Origin: an uncultured Opitutia bacterium
GTDB lineage: Bacteria > Verrucomicrobiota > Verrucomicrobiia > Opitutales > UBA953
Assembly (NCBI GenBank): GCA_903850885.1
Contig: CAINMU010000037.1
Span: 1,110 to 65,109 of the forward strand
Direction of reading: 5' to 3'
DNA length: 64,000 nucleotides
The notes under the pieces were generated by a model. That model was not told where the DNA came from. It saw only the letters and a program-made list of their open reading frames with translations, and did no database searches. Positions 36,878 to 46,486 of the stretch are shown one piece after another. Position 1 is the stretch's first letter. Each line of letters starts with the position of its first letter. The position numbers and the translations under genes are program-made.

Positions 36878-37653
36878 ACGGGTGAGGCAAAACGTCCACG
36901 TTTGCCACCGAGGAAGAAGTGCAAGAAAGCTAAAGCTTCGGGCGATTGATACGCCCCGCTGTCGATGGCCAGTTGTGCCTGGCTTGTGCAGGTAGTCCCC
37001 GGCGAATAAACCTGATGATAGGCCAGTTTAAGCTCCGTAATGCTGGCGGCGCTGATGGCGCGACGGCGCAGGCCAATTAAATTTAACCCCGCAAGTTCGT
37101 TACGTCCATGGGCGAGAGCCTGCGGGGGGACGTCTTCGGTGATCACGGCATTGCCGGAAGTGAGTGAGCCGGCTCCGATTCGGCAGAATTGATGCACGGC
37201 CACGCCGCCGCTGATGAAAGCGCCGTCGCCGATTTGGACGTGTCCACCGAGCATACAGCCATTGGCGAGGATCACCGCTTTGCCTAAAATGCAGTCATGG
37301 GCGACATGACTTCCGGCCATGAGGAATCCGTCTGGGCCGATGATAGTGGCTTGGTCGACTTGGGTTGCCCGGTGGATGGTGACATGCTCACGGATCACGG
37401 TGCGTGCCCCGACTTCAACGCGGGACATGATTTGCGCATCAAAACCGAGATCCTGCGGGTCACCGCCGATGACTGCGAAATGGTCTACCTTTACTCCGTC
37501 GCCTAATACCGTGCCGCGCTTAATGATGGCATGCGCGGAGATGGAGCAACCTTGGCCAAGTCGGACACCGGCCTCGATGATGGCAAAAGGGCCGATGGTG
37601 ACGCCGGGTGCGAGTACGGCCGAGGGGTCGATTTGGGCGGAGGGGTGAATCAC
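36874..37653 (-). CDS. lpxA: acyl-ACP--UDP-N-acetylglucosamine O-acyltransferase
   Basis: MIHPSAQIDPSAVLAPGVTIGPFAII shows left-handed beta-helix hexapeptide repeats, and the C-terminal helical domain is present. Length about 259 aa. Confidence 0.9.
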   Translation of the reverse strand: MIHPSAQIDPSAVLAPGVTIGPFAIIEAGVRLGQGCSISAHAIIKRGTVLGDGVKVDHFAVIGGDPQDLGFDAQIMSRVEVGARTVIREHVTIHRATQVDQATIIGPDGFLMAGSHVAHDCILGKAVILANGCMLGGHVQIGDGAFISGGVAVHQFCRIGAGSLTSGNAVITEDVPPQALAHGRNELAGLNLIGLRRRAISAASITELKLAYHQVYSPGTTCTSQAQLAIDSGAYQSPEALAFLHFFLGGKRGRFASPV

Positions 37654-38261
37654 TTAGCGGGCGGGTTGGTGCCGAATAATTCCAGTTGGGCGGCTTTCAC
37701 CATATCGTAGAGCCGCAGAAGACGAAGCAACTGTAACGTGTCAGATTTCGCGTAACTTTGACTCGATTCCACGGCTTGAACCAAATTTTCAAGGATAGTT
37801 CGAAATGTCAGAACATGATCTACGCCGCTTTCCCGAAGTAGGGTGATGCTTTCGGAGCGTTGAGGCTCTTGCGCGGGGATGCCGGGCAGGATGAGAATTT
37901 TGGATAGGGATTGGCCTTCGCGGGGCGTCAGGTCGGCAAAGGCATCGCGGGCGGCTTCCACGGCCTCTTTGCGGACGAACTCAAGTAGGTCGCCCTTTTT
38001 AATCATCGAAGGCGTGATGGTCTTGGTGGAGTGCCAGGCCTTCACGGCCACCACGGCGGTGGTGAGCCCGGCTAGGTCGGAACTAAAAAGTTGGAAAGGT
38101 AGTTCAGCTCCGCGACGCGGGGTGGGGTTGATGACCAAGAGGTCTCCTTCTTCGTCGGCCCGCTTCCGCCTTGATTGCACGGCGTATTTGCGAGACTGGC
38201 GCACAAAAAAGCCGTTCATCTCGAAATATTCGCGGACCAGACTGTCGTCGAAACCCGCCAT
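37650..38261 (-). CDS. hypothetical cytoplasmic protein (203 aa), translationally coupled to lpxA
   Basis: Clean ORF whose stop overlaps the lpxA start by 4 nt (ATGA-type overlap). I recognise no family. Confidence 0.6.
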   Translation of the reverse strand: MAGFDDSLVREYFEMNGFFVRQSRKYAVQSRRKRADEEGDLLVINPTPRRGAELPFQLFSSDLAGLTTAVVAVKAWHSTKTITPSMIKKGDLLEFVRKEAVEAARDAFADLTPREGQSLSKILILPGIPAQEPQRSESITLLRESGVDHVLTFRTILENLVQAVESSQSYAKSDTLQLLRLLRLYDMVKAAQLELFGTNPPAK

Positions 38262-38310
38262 TATTCAGAGGATGCAGGCGAAGGGGATGATTGGTCAACC
38301 CGCGATACGC

Positions 38311-39039
38311 TCAAAGCCCAAACTCTGCCGGCGCGATAGCCACGGTAAACTCACCTTTAAGCGAGCCGGCTTTGAGGGCGGGCACTAGCTCGCGGAGCGG
38401 GGCGGTGCGAATCGTTTCATGGAGCTTGGTGAGCTCGCGGCCGACACAGACGACGCGGTCGGCACCGAGGACTTCCAGCATCTCGTCAAGGAAGTCGCTG
38501 ATCCGGTGGCAGGATTCGTGGAGCACCACGGTTTCATTTGCAGTCTTGATTGACTCAAGGAATCTCATGCGGGCGGCAGATTTAGGGGGCAGGAAGCCGA
38601 TGAAACGGAAGGCGTTGGTCGGTAAGCCTGATGCGGACAGGAGCGCAATGATGGCGCAAGGGCCAGGAAGTGGGGTGACGGTCAGGCCTCGCTTTCGGCA
38701 CTCGCGTGTCACGCGAAAGCCCGGATCACTAATGCCAGGAGTTCCGGCGTCGGTGATTAATGCGATGTTGGCTCCCCCTGCGATTTTATCGGCGATTTGG
38801 ACTGCCACTTCTTTTTCATTATGCTCGTGGTAAGCCAGCATGGGCTTCGAAATGGAGAGGTGTCGGAGAAGACCGCCCGTCACGCGGGTGTCTTCACAGG
38901 CCACCAAATCGCAGGTGGCGATGGCTTCCTTAGCTCGAAGCGTGATGTCTCCGAGGTTACCAAGCGGGGTGGCTACGACCCAGAGTCTGCCAGACGAGCC
39001 AGGGGGATTGCCTCTGACGCCTGCAGTCTTTTCAGGCAT
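38311..39039 (-). CDS. rsmI: 16S rRNA (cytidine1402-2'-O)-methyltransferase RsmI
   Basis: LWVVATPLGNLGDITLRAKEAIATCDLVACEDTR and ITDAGTPGISDPG motifs. The ATG at 39039 is preferred, and the TTG at 39090 is also possible. Confidence 0.88.
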   Translation of the reverse strand: MPEKTAGVRGNPPGSSGRLWVVATPLGNLGDITLRAKEAIATCDLVACEDTRVTGGLLRHLSISKPMLAYHEHNEKEVAVQIADKIAGGANIALITDAGTPGISDPGFRVTRECRKRGLTVTPLPGPCAIIALLSASGLPTNAFRFIGFLPPKSAARMRFLESIKTANETVVLHESCHRISDFLDEMLEVLGADRVVCVGRELTKLHETIRTAPLRELVPALKAGSLKGEFTVAIAPAEFGL

Positions 39040-39205
39040 TAGCGGTAACCTGAGCCTGGCGTGTTCATTCCCGGAAGTCCGCCTTGCCAACTCGCTGGCT
39101 GAGACTGCGGGAGCATTGAATCAGATGGCTTCTCAGTGGTCTCACACCCGCTGAGGCCAATCACGACCGTCAGTATCGCAAGAAGAGCTAAGAGCCGAAC
39201 GCTCA

Positions 39206-40132
39206 TTAGTTGCTGGCGAGTTTACCTGCACCAGAGACCAATTTAACGGTGACACCGGTGGAGATGCCTCTAAGCAAATCACCCCCGGGCAGGATTTGCG
39301 CATAGGTGACGCCCGTCTTGACGGACAGCACGCTCACGGCGCCGATTTTCTTTCCATCTTGATAGACTTCAAAACGGCTTTCGGGTTTCACGCCGTTGAT
39401 ATCTCCGACGGAGAAGGCGATATGTCCCGTGGAGGGGTCCAGCGCTATAATTTTGGTCAGGATGCCTTCGTCGCTCGTGGCGCTACCGCCAGCGACCGCG
39501 GTTTCGGGCGCAGCCTCATTGAGGGGATCGCGAGGGAAGGGTGGGCGAGTTTCGCTCCGTCCCGCCGCCCAACCGTAGAGTTGGACGTATTTTTGAACGA
39601 TGCGGTCGCGGGTTTCTTCAGCTTTGGCGGCCTTAGTGGCGTTTTCTTCCATCTGCTCTTTGGTGAACAGGCCAGCGGCTTTTTCTTTCTCCTTAACGAG
39701 TTCTTCCTTGGCGGAACTGAGTTCGGCGACCGCGGAATCCTTCTTGCTGTTAGCCTCGGTCAGTTGGCCAGTAATTTCGTCGCGCTTCCGGGTGAGCTCG
39801 GCCCGTTCGCCTTCCAGAGTGGTGACATTAGCGGTCAGGCCTTCGATCTTGGTCTTTTTATCGGCCACATCGGCTTGCAGGTCTTTGACGTTTCCTTCGA
39901 GGCCTTCGGACTTCTTCCGTTGGCCATTAACGATGGCTTGCAAGGGGGCTCCTAGGTGCGCCATGCGTAAAGAGTAATCCGCGGGGGCTTTGATTTCGGG
40001 GTCGAGCGTCGTCCAGGCCGTGCTCGCGGTCGCCGCGGTGATTTTACCTTTCAGGGAAAAGGCGAAGAAGAGGGCGGCACCGGCAGCAGCGAAGCCGATG
40101 ATGCGAATGAAAGTGTTGAGCTTTTTATTCAT
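39206..40132 (-). CDS. membrane-anchored coiled-coil protein with a C-terminal beta-rich domain
   Basis: N-terminal TM helix (FIRIIGFAAAGAALFFAF), about 130 aa of heptad-like Glu/Lys/Thr-rich sequence, then a C-terminus (GHIAFSVGDINGVKPESRFEVYQDGKKIGAVSVLSV). Confidence 0.6.
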   Translation of the reverse strand: MNKKLNTFIRIIGFAAAGAALFFAFSLKGKITAATASTAWTTLDPEIKAPADYSLRMAHLGAPLQAIVNGQRKKSEGLEGNVKDLQADVADKKTKIEGLTANVTTLEGERAELTRKRDEITGQLTEANSKKDSAVAELSSAKEELVKEKEKAAGLFTKEQMEENATKAAKAEETRDRIVQKYVQLYGWAAGRSETRPPFPRDPLNEAAPETAVAGGSATSDEGILTKIIALDPSTGHIAFSVGDINGVKPESRFEVYQDGKKIGAVSVLSVKTGVTYAQILPGGDLLRGISTGVTVKLVSGAGKLASN

Positions 40133-40163
40133 GGGGGAGGGGAAGTTGGGGTAAGAGAATTAA

Positions 40164-41759
40164 TTAAGAATGACGAAAAAGGGTCAGGCTTGGATCAGGG
40201 TTTTCTTGTTTTGATACAGACCCGGGGTTGGCCGAAATATGCAGGAGTACTTTGAACACCAGTTCCTCCGACCCGACAAGTCCAATTTCCTTGCAGAGGG
40301 CCTCGGTGGAAACCCATTTCCCCTTAGTTTTTTCGAGTCCGGCGAGCGCTAGGGCTCTAACCTTAAGCGTATCGGCGGCGGCTTTCTTGCCGGCTTCAAC
40401 GCCAGGCTGGTGGTAGGCGTTGATACCCAACAGGCTAGCGTAGAGTCCGACGGCACGCTCAAAGAGTGCGATGAGCATTCCCACGGTTTTGGCATCCACC
40501 TGCTCAATTGTGAGCGTAATGCTCGGTCGACCGTTACCGGAAAGGGCTTCACGCGTTCCAAGGAAGAAGGCCTGAAGGTAATCGCCTGAAGATACACCGG
40601 CATCAACCTCGACGCTTGGGCCGTCTCGATCCTTGAGCACCTCGATAAAGACAGCAAAAAAGTTATTCACACCGTCACGCAATTGTTGCACATAGGCGTG
40701 CTGGTCAGTGGACCCTTTGTTGCCGTAGACCGTAAGACCTTGGCTCACTTTGCGACCTTGTAAGTCCAAATCCTTGCCGATCGATTCCATCACGAGTTGC
40801 TGCAAGTAGCGGGAAAAAAGCACGAGACGGTCTTTGTACGGCAAGACTACCATGGCTTTGCTGCCGCGTCCCTCGGTGAGGTGGTGCCAGGCGAGGGCTA
40901 ATTGTGCCGCGGGATTTTTGCTCGCATCGGGGATGCGGGTGAGGCCGTCCATGGTGCGGGCGCCTGCAATGAGTGATTTAATGTCTATGCCTTGAAGGGC
41001 TGCGGGCAAAAGCCCGACCGGACCTATCTCACTAGTGCGCCCGCCCACCCAATCCCACATGGGGAAGCGTGCTAGCCAGCCGTCTTTGAGCGCGACTTGG
41101 TCGAGCTGACTGCCTTCGCCGGTTACCGCCACCGCATGACGTGCAAAGGGTAGGCCGGCCTGCTTCCAGCGCAACGCGGCTTCGATTTGACCGTTACGGG
41201 GCTCAGGAGTGCTGCCCGACTTTGAAGTGACGATGACTAGGGTCGTGCCCAGGCGATTTCCCAGCCCGTCCATCACCCGGTCGATGCCGTCCGGATCGGT
41301 GTTGTCGATGAAATGAACGCGAAGTTTATCAATCTTTTTTCCTAAAGCATCAGCCACGAATTGAGGGCCGAGTGCAGAGCCACCGATACCGACGCAAAGG
41401 AGATCCGTGAAGCTGCCATGCGTGCCTTGAATTTGACCGGCGTGGATTTTCTGCGCGAATACCAAGATGGCTTCGATGGCCTCAGTGATGGCGGTGCTGA
41501 TCGCAGGAGTGGGCGAAAGTTCGGGCGTGCGAATCCAGTAATGACCCACCCTGCGTTTCTCGTCAGGGTTCGCGATTGCACCCTTCTCGAGGGCGTCCAT
41601 GTCGGCGAAGGCTTGGGCTATCGCGGTGGCCATTTTATTTTCGAAGCCAACGGGCGCCGGCGCACGACTGAAGTCGATGGCGAAGCCATGCTGAGGGAAG
41701 TTTAATAAATGCTTTCGAAACTGGTTGAAGGAATTATCCACGGGAGAATATCTTCTCAC
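40164..41759 (-). CDS. pgi: glucose-6-phosphate isomerase
   Basis: GIGGSALGP, VTSKSGSTPE, GGRTSE and YGNKGSTDQHAYVQQL motifs. GTG start at 41759; the exact start is uncertain. Confidence 0.9.
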   Translation of the reverse strand: MRRYSPVDNSFNQFRKHLLNFPQHGFAIDFSRAPAPVGFENKMATAIAQAFADMDALEKGAIANPDEKRRVGHYWIRTPELSPTPAISTAITEAIEAILVFAQKIHAGQIQGTHGSFTDLLCVGIGGSALGPQFVADALGKKIDKLRVHFIDNTDPDGIDRVMDGLGNRLGTTLVIVTSKSGSTPEPRNGQIEAALRWKQAGLPFARHAVAVTGEGSQLDQVALKDGWLARFPMWDWVGGRTSEIGPVGLLPAALQGIDIKSLIAGARTMDGLTRIPDASKNPAAQLALAWHHLTEGRGSKAMVVLPYKDRLVLFSRYLQQLVMESIGKDLDLQGRKVSQGLTVYGNKGSTDQHAYVQQLRDGVNNFFAVFIEVLKDRDGPSVEVDAGVSSGDYLQAFFLGTREALSGNGRPSITLTIEQVDAKTVGMLIALFERAVGLYASLLGINAYHQPGVEAGKKAAADTLKVRALALAGLEKTKGKWVSTEALCKEIGLVGSEELVFKVLLHISANPGSVSKQENPDPSLTLFRHS

Positions 41760-41811
41760 TTTGGGACCCGATTGGCAACCTTGGAAGGGTGCTTAAAGGG
41801 TACAAATAAAC

Positions 41812-41840
41812 AAGGGGAGGGCCCATTCGGCCTTCCCCTT
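41812..41840 (-). terminator. hairpin terminator downstream of ilvD
   Basis: 12-bp stem aaggggagggcc / ggccttcccctt (one G-U pair) with a 5-nt loop, followed on the minus strand by a T-rich GTTTATTTGTA. Confidence 0.6.
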
Positions 41841-41869
41841 GCGGAAATCGTTATCGGTAAACGCTTCGC

Positions 41870-43558
41870 TTAATCAGCGTCCGTAATCGCGCCGTCCGAG
41901 GCTGAGGAAACGAGTTTGGCATACTTGGCTAAAGCCCCCCGCGTTTCTTTGGGTGGGGATACTTTCCAGGCCTGCAGGCGTCGGGCGATTTCATCCGCCG
42001 GTACGATGAGGTTGATCTCATTCTTCTCCGCGTCGATGACGATGCTATCGCCGTTCTGGACGATTGCGAGCACGCCGCCGACGGCCGCTTCCGGTGTGAT
42101 GTGTCCGACGACGAAGCCATGGCTTCCGCCCGAGAATCGTCCATCCGTGATCAGCGCCACCGTTTTGCCCAGTCCCTTGCCCATGACGGCACTAGTGGGT
42201 CCAAGCATCTCGCGCATGCCAGGTCCGCCCTTAGGGCCTTCGTTGCGGATGACGATGACGTGGCCGTCTTTAACTTCTCCATCAAGAATACCCCGCAAGG
42301 AAGCTTCTTCGGATTCGTAGACGATGGCCTTGCCGGCGAAATTATTTCCTTCTTTGCCGGAGATTTTGGCGACCGAGCCTTCCGGCGCGAGGTTACCGCG
42401 CAAGATGCGGAGATGGCTGTTGGCTTTAATCGGGTTCGATAAGGGGCGGACGACGTCTTGGTCTGGCGCATAACTCCCGACGTTCGCCAGATTTTCGGCG
42501 ACAGTTTTACCGGTGACAGTCATGCAGTGTCCGTGCAGCAGTCCGGCATCGAGCAGCATTTTTAATAGGGGCTGCAGGCCGCCAATCCGCACGAAGTGTG
42601 CCATGTTATATTTGCCGCTGGGCTTGAGGTCGGCCAAGACCGGTACTTTGCGCCCAACGCGTTCAAAGTCTTCAAGGGTTAGTTTGATGCCGGCCGAGTG
42701 AGCCATCGCGATCAGATGCAAGACGGCGTTGGTCGATCCGCCTAAGGCGATGACGACGGTGATGGCATTTTCAAACGCCGCCGTGGAGAGGATGTCGGAA
42801 GGGCGGATGTTGCGTTTGAGCAATTCCAAGACGGCTTTGCCGGCGCGTTCGCAATCGGCTAGTTTATCTTTGGAGTTAGCGAGCTGCGCGGAACTGTCCG
42901 GCAGGCTAAGGCCGAGGGCTTCGATCGCGGAGGCCATCGTGTTCGCGGTATACATCCCCCCGCACGAACCTTCTCCAGGGATGGAGCAGGTTTCGATTTC
43001 CTTGAGCTCAGCCTCGCCGATTTGCTTGCCGGCATATTTTCCGACGGCTTCGAAAACGGTAACGATATCGGCGGATTGTCCGCGATGCAGTCCTGGTACG
43101 ATGGTTCCGCCGTACACAAAGACGGAGGGGCGATTAAGCCGAGCCATGGCCATGACGCAGCCCGGCATATTTTTATCGCAGCCGCCGATGGTGACCAGCC
43201 CATCGAAGCCTTCGGCGCTGGTCACGGCTTCGACGGAGTCCGCGATGATCTCGCGGGAGACGAGCGAATAACGCATGCCCGGGGTGCCCATGGAAATGCC
43301 GTCCGAGACCGTGATGGTGCAAAAGATGATGGCCTTGCCGCCCGCTTCGTCGGCCCCCTTGGCCGCTTGGGTGGCCAGGCGGTCGATGTGCATATTGCAC
43401 GGGGTGACCATCGACCACGTCGAGGCAATCCCCACGATGGGCTTATGAAAGTCCGCATCGGTGAAGCCTACGGCCCGCAGCATCGCTCGGCTGGGTGCGC
43501 GGTCGGGGCCGTCGACAACGATGGCTGAGTGGTGGCGGGTGGAATGGGCGTCGGTCAT
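41870..43558 (-). CDS. ilvD: dihydroxy-acid dehydratase
   Basis: PIVGIASTWSMVTPCNMH, GGCDKNMPG, CGGMYTANTM and ALITDGRFSGGSHG motifs. Confidence 0.95.
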   Translation of the reverse strand: MTDAHSTRHHSAIVVDGPDRAPSRAMLRAVGFTDADFHKPIVGIASTWSMVTPCNMHIDRLATQAAKGADEAGGKAIIFCTITVSDGISMGTPGMRYSLVSREIIADSVEAVTSAEGFDGLVTIGGCDKNMPGCVMAMARLNRPSVFVYGGTIVPGLHRGQSADIVTVFEAVGKYAGKQIGEAELKEIETCSIPGEGSCGGMYTANTMASAIEALGLSLPDSSAQLANSKDKLADCERAGKAVLELLKRNIRPSDILSTAAFENAITVVIALGGSTNAVLHLIAMAHSAGIKLTLEDFERVGRKVPVLADLKPSGKYNMAHFVRIGGLQPLLKMLLDAGLLHGHCMTVTGKTVAENLANVGSYAPDQDVVRPLSNPIKANSHLRILRGNLAPEGSVAKISGKEGNNFAGKAIVYESEEASLRGILDGEVKDGHVIVIRNEGPKGGPGMREMLGPTSAVMGKGLGKTVALITDGRFSGGSHGFVVGHITPEAAVGGVLAIVQNGDSIVIDAEKNEINLIVPADEIARRLQAWKVSPPKETRGALAKYAKLVSSASDGAITDAD

Positions 43559-43671
43559 GGGTGGGAAAGTCTGCGGTTGTCAGTCGGTTATTGCCCCCTA
43601 ATAAAAGGGGAGGGAGCGGACATTGAGCCGCACTTACCCTGCCGACAACCCGATTTAAAAACCTCCTTCCC

Positions 43672-44439
43672 GTGGAATTCAATCTTAAGAAAATTATCAA
43701 GGCGCTCCTGTTCTCGACCTCGGAGGCGGTGTCCATCAAGGACATCCAGAAGGTCGTGCACCGGTACCACGCCCAAGCGGCCCCGATTAATCCCGAAGAG
43801 CGTCCCGAGGGCCAGGCGGAACCGGCCTCAGTTGCTCCCGTCCAGGAGATCATCCAGGACATCATCGACCAAGTGCCTACTTTGCTGACGGCAACTCAGA
43901 TTCGCGAGGCTGTCGACGCTTTGGAGGTCGAGATGCGCGAGGCTAACGATTCCTGCCGCATCTTGCAGGGTCCCGAAGGCTTTCGCTTGGTGATCTCTCC
44001 CGCCTACGCCGATTGGGTGCGTCTGCTTCGTGGGGAACCTCGTCCGCAACGTCTAAGTCCGGCGGCGCTCGAAACGCTTTCCATCGTGGCTTACCGCCAG
44101 CCGGTGACGCGTTCCGAGATGGAGGCGATTCGCGGCGTTTCGATCGACAGTGCTTTGACGCGACTTTTAGAACTCGAGCTGGTCGCCGTGACGGGCCGGG
44201 CCGAACTTCCTGGACGTCCGATTCAATATGGCACCACCGATCATTTCCTTGATTTCACCGGCTTGCGTTCTTTAGGCGAATTGCCTGCGTCGGACGTACT
44301 TTCTCCCGCTCAGATTTCCGAATGGATTACGCGGGCCACCACGCCGGTCAATGTCGGCGATGCCGAGATGGGCTTGCCTTTGGACGATCAATCCTCGGCG
44401 GCGGTCGCCACCGAGGAATCGCCCCCCCCAGTCGCATGA
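43672..44439 (+). CDS. scpB: segregation and condensation protein B
   Basis: IKALLFSTSEAVSIKDI and LSPAALETLSIVAYRQPVTRSEMEAIRGV...GRAELPGRPIQYGTT. GTG start. Confidence 0.88.
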   Translation: MEFNLKKIIKALLFSTSEAVSIKDIQKVVHRYHAQAAPINPEERPEGQAEPASVAPVQEIIQDIIDQVPTLLTATQIREAVDALEVEMREANDSCRILQGPEGFRLVISPAYADWVRLLRGEPRPQRLSPAALETLSIVAYRQPVTRSEMEAIRGVSIDSALTRLLELELVAVTGRAELPGRPIQYGTTDHFLDFTGLRSLGELPASDVLSPAQISEWITRATTPVNVGDAEMGLPLDDQSSAAVATEESPPPVA

Positions 44440-45503
44440 GTTTGGAAAATCATCGTCGGGAGGTCGATCGTATCGACCGGGAGATTTTGCAACTCATCGG
44501 GCAGCGGTTGAATGTCGCTAAGTCCATCGGCGAAGCTAAGCAAAAAACCGGTGCGGCCGTCTATTCTCCGCAACGCGAAGAGCAGCTGCTCCGCTCTTTA
44601 ACCGAGGCCGCCCCGGGGATTCCGGCCTCAGGTTTACGGGCGATTTACCGCGAAATCATCTCACTCTCCATTGGGGCCCAGATGGCCAAGCCGGTCGCTT
44701 ACCTCGGCCCTGAAGGTTCTTTCACGCAACAAGCCGAAGTCAGGGCGTTTGGCTCCAGCGTTCCGTCGCTGCCCTTGCGCACCATCGCGGATATTTTTGC
44801 CGCCGTTGAATCCGGCGAGGCGACTTACGGCGTCGTTCCGGTAGAGAATTCTACCGAGGGCGTGGTCAGTCATTCGCTCGATCTTTTGGCAGAGTCCGAA
44901 CTAAAGGTGGTTGCGCAGGTGACCCTTTCGGTCGAGCAATGCCTGGTCGGCCATGGCACCTTAGCCGATATCACCCACGTTCTTTCTAAGGACATCGCGT
45001 TGGCGCAATGCCGCGGCTGGCTCGCACGTCATCTGCCGAATGCGGTCCTGGTGGAGACCGATAGCACGGCGGCGGCGGTAGAGAAAGTCGCCCACGAACC
45101 CAAAGGCCAGGCGGCCGTCGCTTCTTCTGCCGCGGCGGAGTCTCGCGGAGTGCCTATCCTCTCTCGTGGAATCCAAGATCGCCGCGATAACGCGACCCGC
45201 TTCTTCATCATCGGTCAGGGTGCCAATCCGCCAGGTGAGACGCCGGAAGTGACAAGCGTGGTGCTGACTTTGAAACATGAGCCCGGCTCATTGCAGGGAG
45301 CGCTTAGTGCTTTTTCAGACCGCGGCATCAATCTGATCCGGATCGAATCTCGGCCAAGTCGTCGGCAGGCCTGGGAGTACCAATTCTTCATTGATTTCCC
45401 GGGGCATTGGGACTCTCCGGCGGTGCAAGCCGCCGTCACGGAATTGAAAGGCCGCTGCGAAGTCGTCAAATGGTTGGGCAGCTACCCGCAATCAGCCGGA
45501 TGA
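44436..45503 (+). CDS. pheA: bifunctional chorismate mutase / prephenate dehydratase (P-protein)
   Basis: The CM domain (REVDRIDREILQLIGQRLNVAKSIGEAK), the PDT domain (VAYLGPEGSFT...VPVENSTEGVV) and the ACT domain with ESRPS. The start overlaps the scpB stop (ATGA). Confidence 0.9.
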   Translation: MSLENHRREVDRIDREILQLIGQRLNVAKSIGEAKQKTGAAVYSPQREEQLLRSLTEAAPGIPASGLRAIYREIISLSIGAQMAKPVAYLGPEGSFTQQAEVRAFGSSVPSLPLRTIADIFAAVESGEATYGVVPVENSTEGVVSHSLDLLAESELKVVAQVTLSVEQCLVGHGTLADITHVLSKDIALAQCRGWLARHLPNAVLVETDSTAAAVEKVAHEPKGQAAVASSAAAESRGVPILSRGIQDRRDNATRFFIIGQGANPPGETPEVTSVVLTLKHEPGSLQGALSAFSDRGINLIRIESRPSRRQAWEYQFFIDFPGHWDSPAVQAAVTELKGRCEVVKWLGSYPQSAG

Positions 45504-46435
45504 GTCGCCGCGCCCTAGGTGGCGTCATCATCACGGTGCTCGCCGTCACCGTGGGGGCTTCGATTTGGGCCTGGTGGTCCGCGTGGTCCGCCCCTTTAGT
45601 CAACGTGGTCTTTCGCCCGACTTTTTCGGTCGAAGGGATTTCCACTGGCACGCCCGTCCGCGTCAAAGGCGTCGTGGTCGGCCAAGTGGTTTCGTTAGGA
45701 TTGCGTTTGGATGCGGAGGGAAGGTTGCGACCCGAGGTCAATCTCACGCTCGACCCAGCCACGCTCGAAGACCGAGGCTTTGCCGATCGGTTGCGTGGCG
45801 ATCAATTGCATACCGAGGTCGAGCGTGGCTTGCGCGTCCGCTTGGTGTCGGTGAGTCCGGCCTCAGGATTATTGCAAGTCGAGTTGGTGTGGGATGCGAC
45901 CGTGCCGCCGCCCGCCCGCCTGGACCGCAATGAAATCGCCCCTCTGGGTGGCACGATGCAGGGTGCGATGGAACGTATAGCTAAAGAGTTGGATTGGGTT
46001 TCGCGCCGCGACTTTGCGCAGATCGCCGAAGGTATGGAACGCGAGCTGGATAATTATTTCCCGAAATCAAACCCCGAGCACGCGGCCCAGTTTTCAGCAA
46101 TCTTGGTGAAAAAAACTTTAGCCATCGCCGAAGCAACCGCCCCCGAATCGCTGGGGGCCAAGGCGGCTGAACTGCAAATCGCTTGCGCTCGCTTACGTCA
46201 GTCGGTCGAAGCGGCTGACCGTGCCATGGATGGGGAGTCGCTTGCTCTCTTGCAGGTCCGTTTGGCCGATGCCGGGGCGGTGATGGCCTCGTTTTCGGCT
46301 TCCTTGGAGGGGTCGAAGGCCAAGATGACGGAATCTGCCGCCGAGGTGACGGGAGTCTTTAAGTCGATTTCAGAACTGGCCCAGGCGTGGTCGAAGAAAG
46401 CTCGCCGTTTGACCACCGAGCCGCTCCCTCGCTGA
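45500..46435 (+). CDS. MCE/MlaD-domain membrane protein
   Basis: N-terminal TM helix (GVIITVLAVTVGASIWAWW), then an MCE-like beta-barrel (GISTGTPVRVKGVVVGQVVSLGLRLD) and a helical C-terminus. The start overlaps the pheA stop (ATGA). Confidence 0.6.
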   Translation: MSRRALGGVIITVLAVTVGASIWAWWSAWSAPLVNVVFRPTFSVEGISTGTPVRVKGVVVGQVVSLGLRLDAEGRLRPEVNLTLDPATLEDRGFADRLRGDQLHTEVERGLRVRLVSVSPASGLLQVELVWDATVPPPARLDRNEIAPLGGTMQGAMERIAKELDWVSRRDFAQIAEGMERELDNYFPKSNPEHAAQFSAILVKKTLAIAEATAPESLGAKAAELQIACARLRQSVEAADRAMDGESLALLQVRLADAGAVMASFSASLEGSKAKMTESAAEVTGVFKSISELAQAWSKKARRLTTEPLPR

Positions 46436-46486
46436 GGGAACAGGCTTGCGGCGGACCGTCTGAAAGGGGATAGGTGAAGCCCTCCT

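Noticed and set aside
39296-39955. A 219-aa plus-strand ORF opposite the coiled-coil gene.
   Set aside because: It is the codon-aligned antisense frame of 39206..40132 (39296 = 2 mod 3, matching the gene's triplet phase). The low-complexity sequence reflects the coiled-coil codon repeats.
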